Source of the DNA: an uncultured bacterium
Lineage (GTDB): Bacteria; Babelota; Babeliae; Babelales; Babelaceae
Direction: 5' to 3'
DNA length: 64,000 bases
Assembly (NCBI GenBank): GCA_963848965.1
Contig: CAWKFG010000004.1
Location: 416,001-480,000 of the forward strand
The notes beneath the pieces are model-generated. The model had not been told where the DNA came from and did not search any database. It worked only from the letters and a program-made list of their open reading frames with translations. The position numbers and the translations under genes are program-made. Position 1 is the stretch's first letter; each line of letters starts with the position of its first letter. Positions 1 to 9,862 of this stretch are shown here, piece by piece.

Positions 1-107
1 AATTAATAAGTCTATCTTAAAATTCTTTGATTCCTACTTGAAAAAATAATTAACACACCTTTGTACTAGAGTAACAGATTGCAAAGCTTTTGTTCCATTA
101 TTTTAAT

Positions 108-147
108 GAAATAGAGCAAGTCTTATTTAAGCAACTTGCTCTATTTC
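108..147. terminator. 14-bp-stem hairpin, probable intrinsic terminator
   Basis: GAAATAGAGCAAGT (108-121) / ACTTGCTCTATTTC (134-147), intergenic. Confidence 0.55.
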
Positions 148-239
148 TAGTAAAACTATAATAGATATAATCTCTTGTATATAATAAGTTTTAATTATAT
201 AATAAAATAAATTATAATTAAAACTAAAAAGGAATTTCT

Positions 240-1010
240 ATGTTTAAAAAATACTTAAAAATAGTTTTTTTTACCCATGTTACTTCCCTCTGTGCTTCTG
301 AACCTGCTGAATTTCCTGAATCTCAGCAATACTATAAAGGAAGTTACCTTGGTATTCTACCGGCAGATATCTTTAAATCAATTCAGCCATATAGAATTAA
401 GGCACAAATAGAACACGTTTTAGCACCTGCAGATATAACGCTTGATAACGCTCTCAAGAACTTGAGCGAATTGGAGCGACAACCAGAAAATGATCAGTTT
501 TTTGGGAATTCTTCTTTCATTGAAGATCTCCTCATTACCTTATATAAAAGGTTTAAAGAATCTCCTTTTGCTATTGCTAAAAAGCCCACAGCATCAGATG
601 CTTTTTTGGACTGGTCAAAGGTAGTGTGGCCCAAGTATTTAGCGCTTACTATGGCAATAAAAGAGAGAAAGCTAAAGGAAGTACAAAAGTTAATAAATGA
701 AGGACTTAAAATTGATATGCCTGATACTATTGGTTCCACTCCTCTTCATCTAGGAGCCAGCCTTGGTCTTCTGAATATAGTTCAATATTTACTTGAAAAA
801 GGAGCTGATATTAGGGCGCGAGATTTACAAGGTCGCACTCCTCTTATAGCTGCAGCTGCAAACGGTAACATTAATGTAATTAAATACCTTCTTGAAAAAG
901 GAGCTGATAGTAATGAACAAGATCTCAAAGGTAATACTCCTCTTAACTATGCAATATTGAGAAATAACCATGATGCAATAAACCTATTACGTGCTCATAC
1001 TAGGAAGTGA
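240..1010 (+). CDS. Ankyrin repeat protein with signal peptide
   Basis: TPLHLGASLG, TPLIAAAANG, TPLNYA ankyrin motifs; hydrophobic N-terminus; AAGGA RBS. Confidence 0.9.
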   Translation: MFKKYLKIVFFTHVTSLCASEPAEFPESQQYYKGSYLGILPADIFKSIQPYRIKAQIEHVLAPADITLDNALKNLSELERQPENDQFFGNSSFIEDLLITLYKRFKESPFAIAKKPTASDAFLDWSKVVWPKYLALTMAIKERKLKEVQKLINEGLKIDMPDTIGSTPLHLGASLGLLNIVQYLLEKGADIRARDLQGRTPLIAAAANGNINVIKYLLEKGADSNEQDLKGNTPLNYAILRNNHDAINLLRAHTRK

Positions 1011-1231
1011 AATATTCTACGAAGATGTAAGCCTAGCTGTTAACGCTTGGATTATACGTTTGCGATCACTCAGGCACCCAAAACGAGCCACTGTACGATG
1101 AAACTCTTCCATAATACCTTTACTACTGATTAATTCAAATCCAGGTTTGACAACAAATTCTTACACTTCCAAAATCATAACACTCTAGAATTTGTTAGTA
1201 TTTCACGTAAAAAATTTTCTAGCCTATTTTA

Positions 1232-1366
1232 CTATTTTTTAGGTTGAGGCGGTGGAGGAGGTGGGATAAAAACACATTTGTACAATTCAATACCAATACC
1301 AAAAAAGCCAAAGGTTATCGTTGAAGCACAACCTATCTCGCATATGTTTTTAATTTTTAATGCCAT
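1232..1366 (-). CDS. 44-aa peptide with polyproline tail (not in ORF track)
   Basis: MALKIKNICEIGCASTITFGFFGIGIELYKCVFIPPPPPPQPKK*; AAGGAAG RBS; 30 bp downstream of the MutS-like gene. Confidence 0.55.
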   Translation of the reverse strand: MALKIKNICEIGCASTITFGFFGIGIELYKCVFIPPPPPPQPKK

Positions 1367-1396
1367 AAACTTCCTTTATCATAAACACTTACTAGT

Positions 1397-4207
1397 TCAC
1401 GGATGGTAACGTTCTAAAATATCTTTTATAGCCCTCACAAGATCTGGATTACGCCTTAATTCTTCAGGTAATTCTTGAGCTTGCATAAGCTCTTTCAACT
1501 GACCAAAAGCGTAATTAAATTTTAGAAGTTGTAAAACATTTTCTGCTTTACTAAGTAGCTCTCGATCAAAACCACGCTCTGCTAGTACTTTAAATGCAAC
1601 CGATTGTCCAGATATGCCAGGTTCAAGTCTATAGGGATAGGTAAGTCTGTCTTGTCTATCGTCAACTGCTACTCTATAATTACTAAACAAAGGAGCTGGC
1701 CCACTAGTAACCAGATGAGGCAACTGTTGAAAGTGCGTTATAAGCAAAGAAATATTATGCTTCATAGTAGTAAGCCTTTGCATAAAAGCACATGCTAATG
1801 CTTCCCCTGCCTTAGCTTCTGTACCATCAAATAACTCATCAAACAGCGCAAGAGAGTATTCACCTTGAGGAACGGCAGAGATATCCTTTTGAATATCAAC
1901 AGCACGCTGCGCTATAGCCTGAAAAAGTGATTGCCTTCTTGTAATATCATCCGCTATATTTAAATAGCTACGAATCTTAGAAAATGGCGTAAATTCCATC
2001 CTTTGAGCCGGACAAATACCTAGTGTTTGAGCCATAATAACTGCAAATACAATACTTTTCATAACAGTTGATTTACCACCTCCATTTGGCCCAGTAATTA
2101 CTACATTTTGTGGTAAATTTTGTGGTAAATGTCTTCCAATGGCCAGAGAATTGACAATAGCATTATCGCCCACCAGAGGATTCCAAAAATCTTTAATTGC
2201 CAGATAAGGCGATGATGATTGATTATAAGTAGGTAAGCAAAATTTTAGATTACGTGCTTGATACTTTTTATAAAGGCGAGCTATAGACATATACATATCA
2301 AGTTCACCAACAGCACCAAGTGATTGAACCAACTTATCTTTACAGTCATTCATAATACGGTATGTAGCAACTATACGACCAGTATAAGAACGAACGCTAG
2401 GATCCCCTTGAAAAGTATCTGTATCTAGATTGTTTAATAGACTATCTAGATCAGATAGTGTACTTACTTTTGCCCACATTTGACTAACTATATTAGTTGC
2501 ACCATGTAATCGTGCAGCATGAGCATCCTGTTGTAATTTCCCTATATTTAATGCTTCTAAAAATGGTAACTTATTCTCAAGCTCTAGAGCATCCGTTTTA
2601 ACAAGAGTATAAAGCTCTTTCATTTTAGCAATATACTGAACTACAAGCATAAGCTTTTTTTGTAAAGCAAGGCGCAGCGTAATCATATCTTTCATAGTAT
2701 CTGCATTATTCACCATTGATAAAAATTGGAATCCATAACATGCTAGATATCCAGCTGTAGAGCCACCGAGTGCTATAAGAGGTATACCTGCATAAGGAGC
2801 AGCTTCGCCTACCGCTGCTCCACCCAATCCAAACATATCTTTTATAAAATCTAGAATCTTATTTTTAGTTAGATTGAGATACGATTGAAAGTTTTGCAAT
2901 TCTATAACTATTTTATCTTTCAATTGTCCTGCTTTTGAAACAAGTATCACCAAGAGAACCAGTGGCCCTTCTCTGAGTATTTCAACTGATAACGACCTTT
3001 CACTTAACCATTTAGAAAAATTTTGCCATCGAGGAATATCTATTTCAGTACTTTTTAGCCATGAATTAAATTCGTCAGCACCCCAAAATGAGAGCATACA
3101 ATTTTCTCTTTCAAGATCACCAAGCTCTTTAAGACATCTGTCTATTTGGTTAAAATTGCGATGATTAATAAGAGTTGTAAGTACTTCCTGCTGCTGTTTT
3201 AAAAAGGTACTATTATGAGTTGGATATACTATCCTTTTATACAGAAGAGCTTTGCCCAATTCGGTTACTGTTTGATCAATACACGAAGCAAAAAAAGAAG
3301 GAAGATTTGATCGAGATCCTGCTATTATTTCAAGATCTTGCCATGAGCGCTCATCTAAAGCATCATTGAAGCCAAGCATATACTTTTGTTTTTCATAAGC
3401 TCTTGCCAACGTAAATGCAATACGCCGTTTCTTACTCGGCATCATCATAAGCTGACTCTGCAAAATACGTTCTACTAACGAAATTCCTTGAACTTTTACG
3501 CTTAGCATATGCAGTTTATCTGCTTCAAGCAACGTCTTAAGATTCTCTTTTTCTACTGCACTATATAACGTATCTGTTGACTTAGCATGTTCCAATAGCT
3601 GAAGAGCCTTTTCACAGGTATATGTTTCTACACCCTGAAAAAGTGGTAATTTAAAAAAACGGAGCGCTTTTATTACTTCTGCTTTCTTATCCTCTGTATC
3701 TACAGAATATTTTGTAAGTAGTTCGTCAAGACCTACATACGTTTTTGTTACATCTAGGTCTAATGCTTTAACAGCTTCGTAATTTGTAAAAAGTTCTGTT
3801 ATAACCTCAAGAGTAAGAAGAGAAAACGGGGTATATATGATACACTCTTCTTCATTTAAAAATTCAAGCCATATTTCTTGCTCTCCTTTCTTATTATGAG
3901 CTAATTCCACAAAAAAGGATGGTTCAAAACAACTTTTTAATAGCGGAATACTAGCACCCTGCGCTTCTTTTGACTTGATAAAAACAGTAGTAATTTTATC
4001 AAGTAAAGTATACCAGCCCATTCCCTGAAAAAGGACGTTTTTAGCTTGATATGCCACCATATCCGCAAGTGAAGAGCGAGGTCTTTTATCGCCACGATCG
4101 CTCTCACTTTGCTCTTCAAGTTCATGTTTAAGAGCCATTATCTCTAAAGACTGAGTAATTAAAAGAAAAAGTAATACAAGGATTCTTATCATGGCCATAA
4201 CTTTCAC
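1397..4207 (-). CDS. MutS-family ATPase (domain III/V type) with signal peptide and N-terminal extension
   Basis: ITGPNGGGKST Walker A, QSLFQA, LFDELFDGT Walker B, ITHF; no mismatch-binding domain I seen. Confidence 0.85.
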   Translation of the reverse strand: MKVMAMIRILVLLFLLITQSLEIMALKHELEEQSESDRGDKRPRSSLADMVAYQAKNVLFQGMGWYTLLDKITTVFIKSKEAQGASIPLLKSCFEPSFFVELAHNKKGEQEIWLEFLNEEECIIYTPFSLLTLEVITELFTNYEAVKALDLDVTKTYVGLDELLTKYSVDTEDKKAEVIKALRFFKLPLFQGVETYTCEKALQLLEHAKSTDTLYSAVEKENLKTLLEADKLHMLSVKVQGISLVERILQSQLMMMPSKKRRIAFTLARAYEKQKYMLGFNDALDERSWQDLEIIAGSRSNLPSFFASCIDQTVTELGKALLYKRIVYPTHNSTFLKQQQEVLTTLINHRNFNQIDRCLKELGDLERENCMLSFWGADEFNSWLKSTEIDIPRWQNFSKWLSERSLSVEILREGPLVLLVILVSKAGQLKDKIVIELQNFQSYLNLTKNKILDFIKDMFGLGGAAVGEAAPYAGIPLIALGGSTAGYLACYGFQFLSMVNNADTMKDMITLRLALQKKLMLVVQYIAKMKELYTLVKTDALELENKLPFLEALNIGKLQQDAHAARLHGATNIVSQMWAKVSTLSDLDSLLNNLDTDTFQGDPSVRSYTGRIVATYRIMNDCKDKLVQSLGAVGELDMYMSIARLYKKYQARNLKFCLPTYNQSSSPYLAIKDFWNPLVGDNAIVNSLAIGRHLPQNLPQNVVITGPNGGGKSTVMKSIVFAVIMAQTLGICPAQRMEFTPFSKIRSYLNIADDITRRQSLFQAIAQRAVDIQKDISAVPQGEYSLALFDELFDGTEAKAGEALACAFMQRLTTMKHNISLLITHFQQLPHLVTSGPAPLFSNYRVAVDDRQDRLTYPYRLEPGISGQSVAFKVLAERGFDRELLSKAENVLQLLKFNYAFGQLKELMQAQELPEELRRNPDLVRAIKDILERYHP

Positions 4208-4236
4208 AAAATGTTATTAGAGATAACAACTCTACT

Positions 4237-5101
4237 TCACACGTGTTTCATAACTGAATTTCCCTTTAAGTAAATAACTTTAAGACTCTTATACGTAGCA
4301 AATATAGCTCTACAAGCTTTATGCCCCTCTTCTTCGAGTTTATGGTTTCTGAGATCTATAACTGCTATTTTGTCCTTACATCCAAGCTGTATAAGCAAAT
4401 CGTCCATTCCATCAAGAGAGGTTAATTCCCAATCAGTTAATAAAACAACTATGTCATCAGATTGACAGTAATTCTCAATTTGAAGCAGTTTTCCTACCAT
4501 CTTACCCGCAGTAAGTAGTTACTGGTATCTTCTTTTCTGCTTCTAATAGATCGCGTACCGATAGTGATAAAGAGGTCCCTTGAGGAATAGCTAACTGAGC
4601 ATCGTACTTTAAAAAATACCACTTAGCTATCTCTAACTTTATAGCTCTATCTCTTTCTGGATCTGTGTGAAATTGATAATTATTCAGATAAATCATGCAG
4701 TTCGATGCTTTTTCAACATAGTAACGTATAGCTTCTGTAATAATCTTCTGCGGTAAAGAAAGGATTACGAGCGTCTTTAAAAACTCTGGCATATCTTCAA
4801 AACGTATATCGAGTGTAACAAATTTTGTCATACCAAACTGAGCATTAACTTTAGACTCCATTCGTACAAAATTACAAAACTTAATAAGCATGAAAACAAA
4901 CTCAGGAGAAAGAGTCCTAAACCATTGGCGAACAGGCTCATTCTGTAATTGTTGTGCTATCTCCTGTGTTAACCAGGCTTGTGTAATAGGTATAGTCTTA
5001 TCGCCTTTAACACTTATAATAATTGAATGAGAGAGATCCATACTTAAAGCAGATACTATTTGTAAAATCAGAAAGAGAAAAAGCAATAAACGGTAAAGCA
5101 T
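4237..5101 (-). pseudogene. Probably frameshifted secreted LRR-type protein (ORFs 4502-5101 and 4237-4500)
   Basis: ORFs 1 nt apart; first has a signal peptide, second has LRR-like LTSLDGM...IDLRNHKL. Confidence 0.45.
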
Positions 5102-5308
5102 GCATTCCTCATAAAAAGTTTTAGCCTGATGTGAAGAAAAATTTGAAAAAATAAAATGGTTATTTTATAGTCTAGATACCGGCCTTACAGATGTCAATGT
5201 GCTTGGTTTCTTTGCTCTCTGTTTATTACAGTACCTACAACCAAAATATTTTTGAGCAAGAAAAGCATAAGAACTACAGTATTTAATCCCATTTACAGGA
5301 GTTTTACA

Positions 5309-5461
5309 ATGAAAAAGATCTTTGTTTACAAAAAGCAAACGAAAAGTAAACCTAAAGGTGCAAAACTCCTCATTGAGCTTGGCACATCCTCTCTTCTTAC
5401 CCGCGGATTTCCAGGCACTGATGTTGAAGGCTATAGACCCTTTCCTGATTTTGATGCTTAA
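5309..5461 (+). CDS. 50-aa lasso-peptide-like precursor
   Basis: AGGAG RBS; leader LIELGTSSLL-T-R then core GFPGTDVEGYRPFPDFDA (Gly1, Glu8). Confidence 0.6.
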   Translation: MKKIFVYKKQTKSKPKGAKLLIELGTSSLLTRGFPGTDVEGYRPFPDFDA

Positions 5462-5469
5462 AGTAATAC

Positions 5470-5495
5470 AGAGGAATAGTATATGCTATTCCTCT
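5470..5495. terminator. Hairpin between convergent genes
   Basis: AGAGGAATAG / CTATTCCTCT. Confidence 0.6.
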
Positions 5496-5522
5496 TAAGC
5501 AAAACAGACATTAGAATCTTTC

Positions 5523-6872
5523 TCATTGGCCTTCCCTTCTTAATAAAGATATAAGACTCGCACCTACCGCTCGCTCTAATGCAACGAAAGAGCGTAATGT
5601 AGCCGAATATGTTTGAATAAACTTTTTTATGTTTTCATAAAAAGCTGTTCGTGTTTGAATAAGAAGCACGGTAGTTATTTGCATAAGTGGCTCGAATGTA
5701 TTCACGTATTCTAGACCTTGCTGTGCTGCATGCAAAATCGTTTTTTTATAAATAGTAAGCTGCTTTTCCAGTGCTCTAAAATGTACCAGTGCTTGCCGTA
5801 CTTCTGCGATGACTGTGCTTTCTAGTGCCTGAACTGTTTTAACTGCTTGCTCAAGCTCATAACGAGCACGAGCAATCTGTGCTTGATTTTGATCGAATAA
5901 AGGAAGTGTTATACTTATTTCTGGACCTATACCAGAAGCACCATCAAACTCACGTTCAAAAGAGATACCCGCCTTTATATCTTTAAATACACGAGCTTTT
6001 TCCAGCTGAATCTTGTGTTCTGCTTGTTGTACTCTCATGCGTGCTATATGCACTTCTGGCCTATTGTGCAATGCTATATGCTCTAGGTACTTTTGGTCAA
6101 TCTCTTGAAAGCTAATTTCTTGAAGCTGTATCGATAATAATAAAGGTTCATAAGAAGGTTCAAGGCCAATTGTTCTACGAAATGTAATATAAGCACCTTT
6201 AAGTTCTGCTCTGTTTCTCTCTAAAGCAACTGCAGAAAGCCCAACTTGTACTTGTAGCAAACTTCTATCAAGATCAGTTGCCAAGCCAAATTGCTGCCGG
6301 TAATCAAGCTCTTTTTTTAATGCTCGTGATTCTTTTAAGAGCTTTTGTGCACTTTTAACCTGCGCTTGATACAGTAAAATAGCATAATACTGTTCATGAG
6401 CAAGAATCATTGTCTCAAGAACTTTTTTGAGTACTTCTAATGAGGCAATTTCCATCTGATCAGCAACTACCCTTTTCTGCAGAGGAACTCTCCACAAATC
6501 AGAGATAGAAAACAAGACACTCGTTTCATTTCTTACATCGTTCCCTTTCAGAGGAAAATTAAACAACGTACTTAAAGAAGGATTAGTAAAGAATCCAGCT
6601 TGTATAAGGTCAGCTTTAGCTATACCTAACGATGAAAATGAGACCTGTAAATCTGGATTATACATAAGCGCTAACCGTGTAGCTTCTTGAATCGAAAGAG
6701 GACTACTAGTATCTGCTCTTTCAAGAGCCTCTTGGCATGTATCTGCCGGTCTTACACTACAACCTGTTAATTTCTGAGTACAAACATTAAGAGCAGCGAG
6801 TTCCCTACTTATTGAACTATTACGACAACAAGGAATACATAATAAGCTTAAGAGCAATAAACAATAGAACAT
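5523..6872 (-). CDS. TolC/OEP-family outer-membrane efflux protein (copper-resistance type)
   Basis: ALMYNPDLQ, ALHNRPEV, ITLPLFDQNQ motifs; lipoprotein-like N-terminus; coupled to the multicopper oxidase. Confidence 0.85.
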   Translation of the reverse strand: MFYCLLLLSLLCIPCCRNSSISRELAALNVCTQKLTGCSVRPADTCQEALERADTSSPLSIQEATRLALMYNPDLQVSFSSLGIAKADLIQAGFFTNPSLSTLFNFPLKGNDVRNETSVLFSISDLWRVPLQKRVVADQMEIASLEVLKKVLETMILAHEQYYAILLYQAQVKSAQKLLKESRALKKELDYRQQFGLATDLDRSLLQVQVGLSAVALERNRAELKGAYITFRRTIGLEPSYEPLLLSIQLQEISFQEIDQKYLEHIALHNRPEVHIARMRVQQAEHKIQLEKARVFKDIKAGISFEREFDGASGIGPEISITLPLFDQNQAQIARARYELEQAVKTVQALESTVIAEVRQALVHFRALEKQLTIYKKTILHAAQQGLEYVNTFEPLMQITTVLLIQTRTAFYENIKKFIQTYSATLRSFVALERAVGASLISLLRREGQ

Positions 6873-6873
6873 G

Positions 6874-8124
6874 TTACTTCTTATGTGATTTTATCTGATG
6901 ATTGTGCTTGTGGTCACGTTTCTTAAAACCATACGCATTTGTATCTCTTTCTACCGAACCTTTTATTCCTGGATATGACCATGGTTTTGATACATCGCGA
7001 GGGATAACATTAAACAGACTAAACATTCCTCCATGTCCCATAAGTCCCATAGGAACTTCGGCATGTGCATTCATAACATGATGCATTTTGTGGCAATGAA
7101 ATGGCCACTGTCCTGGATTCCATGCTACAAACTCTACTGCCCTTGAAGTACCAGGAGGAACATTAACGGTTGAACCTTTCCAGCGAGCAGAAGGCTTCAA
7201 AGGTCCGCCTTCTGTACCCACAACAAGCCAATCGTGCCCATGCATATGTATAGGATGACTATCCATAGAAACATTAGCTAGATGTATACGAACTCTCTCT
7301 CCCTGCTTTACGTTAATCATAGGAATACTGGGAGCAGCATGCCCATTAAACGTAAACCAGTTAAACTCTGTAATTGGAGCTACAATATTTGGATATTCAT
7401 TGCCGGGAGCAATTGCCCATTCTTCAAGCATAATTGCTATATGGCGATCAACTGATTTATCATATCCTTTTTTAGGATGAATAATAAACATGCCTGCAAG
7501 TCCTGAGAGTTCTTGACGAGAAATATTAAAACCTGAATGATAAAAATAAGTACCAGATTGGTAAAGCGTAAATTCATAGATGTGTGTTTGACCAGGTTTT
7601 ACTGGTATGCTTGATCCATCTTGAGCAAAGGGAACTGTTAAACCATGCCAATGAATTGTTGTAGGCTCTGGAAGCTCATTCTTAAAAATAATACGTATAC
7701 GGTCTCCTTCAGTTGCCTCTATAGTAGGCCCTGGAGTTGAACCGTTATATCCCCATGCTTTTATCCGTTGATAAATAGGCATCATTGGCAAAAGGCCCAT
7801 AAAATTCTGCACCTGTGCTATCAACGCGCTATCGCTATGCCGACTATCAGTAATCACTTGCTCAATAGGCTGTGCTATAAGACAAAATACTTTAACTTTT
7901 CCGTTCATCTCATAACCAAGAGGAGGAATTCCTGGTGTTTCTACTTTTCCCATTTGCTTGCCAGTCAAAGACGGCAATGGAGAAATAGGAATATGTGGAT
8001 TTGACCATGCATACCTTGGACGATGCATAGCTATACTATGCGCTGCTCTACGACGGTGTTTAACTGCTTGTTCTTGAGCTTCTAAACAGGATGTAAGAAA
8101 AAGAGATACCATGATTAGCTTCAT
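6874..8124 (-). CDS. Multicopper oxidase (two-domain type)
   Basis: TIHWHG, YFYHS, HPIHMHGH, FHCHKMHH copper motifs. Confidence 0.9.
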   Translation of the reverse strand: MKLIMVSLFLTSCLEAQEQAVKHRRRAAHSIAMHRPRYAWSNPHIPISPLPSLTGKQMGKVETPGIPPLGYEMNGKVKVFCLIAQPIEQVITDSRHSDSALIAQVQNFMGLLPMMPIYQRIKAWGYNGSTPGPTIEATEGDRIRIIFKNELPEPTTIHWHGLTVPFAQDGSSIPVKPGQTHIYEFTLYQSGTYFYHSGFNISRQELSGLAGMFIIHPKKGYDKSVDRHIAIMLEEWAIAPGNEYPNIVAPITEFNWFTFNGHAAPSIPMINVKQGERVRIHLANVSMDSHPIHMHGHDWLVVGTEGGPLKPSARWKGSTVNVPPGTSRAVEFVAWNPGQWPFHCHKMHHVMNAHAEVPMGLMGHGGMFSLFNVIPRDVSKPWSYPGIKGSVERDTNAYGFKKRDHKHNHQIKSHKK

Positions 8125-8158
8125 TGTAAAATTCCAATAAGCGCGGAAACCGGGCCTT

Positions 8159-9451
8159 TTAAGGCGCGCAGGAAGCGCAGGTTAAATAATTATAACTATA
8201 ACCATCACATGCATGAATAAGCTTACAATACTTGTAGCTTATACCTTGTATTGTAGAGCTATCAGTGACAATATTGAAAAAGCCATTAGCTCTTATTGCT
8301 ACCTTGCCTTTATAGATTCCCTTCTTTTTACCTTTAGTTACTACTGCTTGTATATGGTCTCCTGTCTGATAACCATAACACTTCTTTGCTCCTTTAGCAC
8401 TTGTGCGAGGAAAGCCATACTTATCTGGCCTACACATTTGTCTTGTACCATGGCCTGTAGCTTTAACAAGTAAGAGATTGATATCTTTAATAGAAAGGGT
8501 TAAAGGAGTACTAGCTCCAACACAAGCAGCATCGAGCCAATGAGTCTTTGGTAGATTGAGCTTTACTCTATTATACTTAGTCCTTCCTCCTGTCCCTGTC
8601 TCTACCGCTAATCCTAAAGAAAGTAGGTTTTGATACAATTGCCACCGTGTACTATTTACTGCCGCTGTGTCTCTTAGTGGTACTTGTGCTTGCTTTTGCA
8701 CATAAGGAAAGCCAAATTCTTGAGCTGTTTTATTACCTTTCCTTAGATTACAAAATCTACAGGCAAGAGTAAGATTAGAAACACGATTAGTTCCTCCTCT
8801 ACTTAAGGGTATAATATGCTCTATCTCTAGAGGTATACCTGAAGTATGACAATAAGCACATTGGCGGTTAAACTTTTCAAGTACATACTCACGTATTTCA
8901 TAACCAGCTAGCTCTCCCTGCTGGTATTGTATACCAGTAGTATCAGGATTTTGTATAAGCTGAGTATCAAAGCGTACTAACTCTTGGCTTATTGCTCCTA
9001 AAGGACAATAGCGAATAAGCTTTTTTACCCATGTTAGTATGTTAGCTATTCTGCTCTGTAAAGATGGGGCTAACCATCCTGCTTGCTTGCATCTATTATT
9101 AAAGCGAATCTCTCTATAGCGAGTATGCCTATTCCTTCTGCTCCGTCTTATTGTTCTTCTTGCTAAAAGCTGCTCATGAATATACTGACCTCTATGAGTA
9201 AGCTCTAAAGCAAAAATAACCATACCAGAGGTATCATTGATGATAACAATACCGGTGGTTTTGCTTCCTGGATCTATCTTAATGCGAAGAAGCTGAACAT
9301 CCATGCATGTTCTTTCTTCCTTAAGAATAATAACAAAAGGAAAGCGTCTAAAAATAGCAGCTTTACCGTGCTTAAGCAGTATTCTTGCTACAGCTGGATG
9401 ACAAGGGTTAAGAGGTTTTTTATTGTTATCAATAACGAATACGTATGACAT
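8159..9451 (-). CDS. iscB: IscB RNA-guided endonuclease
   Basis: PLNP (PLMP-like), IDPGSKTTG RuvC-I, RRTIRRSRR bridge helix, CAYC...EHIIP...GG...N...C..CN HNH, HWLDA RuvC-III; start taken at MSYVFV. Confidence 0.93.
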   Translation of the reverse strand: MSYVFVIDNNKKPLNPCHPAVARILLKHGKAAIFRRFPFVIILKEERTCMDVQLLRIKIDPGSKTTGIVIINDTSGMVIFALELTHRGQYIHEQLLARRTIRRSRRNRHTRYREIRFNNRCKQAGWLAPSLQSRIANILTWVKKLIRYCPLGAISQELVRFDTQLIQNPDTTGIQYQQGELAGYEIREYVLEKFNRQCAYCHTSGIPLEIEHIIPLSRGGTNRVSNLTLACRFCNLRKGNKTAQEFGFPYVQKQAQVPLRDTAAVNSTRWQLYQNLLSLGLAVETGTGGRTKYNRVKLNLPKTHWLDAACVGASTPLTLSIKDINLLLVKATGHGTRQMCRPDKYGFPRTSAKGAKKCYGYQTGDHIQAVVTKGKKKGIYKGKVAIRANGFFNIVTDSSTIQGISYKYCKLIHACDGYSYNYLTCASCAP

Positions 9452-9707
9452 AGTATCCTTTATAATAATCTCCCCTAACGGGGGTAAAGTTTGCCTCACT
9501 CATGTTATAAGGCGGTATATAGTAAGAGCACTGACTTATACCCTCAATCTGTTTAACCCTTACATTACAGAGCATGGAACTGGCAAGTATTCCATGGTGT
9601 GATCTTTAACTCTCCCTTATAACGTAGTCAAAAGCTGAGGCCTTTGACTTGAGCTGGTCAACGTGAGCTTTTACAAGCTACGCCCTTTAGAGAGCGTGGT
9701 AGTTGAC
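9452..9707 (-). ncRNA. omegaRNA / HEARO-type scaffold
   Basis: GTCAACTACC...GTTGACCAG...CTACGTT...TGCCAGTTCCATGCTCTG...GTTAAACAG...GAGGCAAACTTTACC directly upstream of iscB. Confidence 0.85.
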
Positions 9708-9741
9708 ACCAACCTTTTCTTCAAGTTATTGCGTGAGAGAC

Positions 9742-9770
9742 AGTATAGGTAGGCAGACCTTCTTTGTCAA
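9742..9770 (-). promoter_or_regulatory. sigma70 promoter TTGACA-N17-TATACT
   Basis: Near-consensus -35/-10 with 17-bp spacer, 35 bp from the IscB element end. Confidence 0.7.
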
Positions 9771-9862
9771 TACACAACATCCTTCAATATGTTCTATTAT
9801 TCGCCATGCTAAGGAAACCATGCAACATAAGCAAGCACAAGTACATTTACGTTACGCAACGC

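Larger units (their letters stand above)
8125..9707 (-). mobile_element. IS200/IS605-superfamily IscB (OMEGA) element without TnpA
   Basis: Minus strand starts GTCAACTACC at 9707, then omegaRNA and iscB, then GC hairpin ending at 8125, followed by ATGA. Confidence 0.88.

Noticed and set aside
8159..9499. Cas9, or an iscB start at 9499
   Set aside because: About 430 aa, no REC lobe or array; the 9499 start lies inside the omegaRNA
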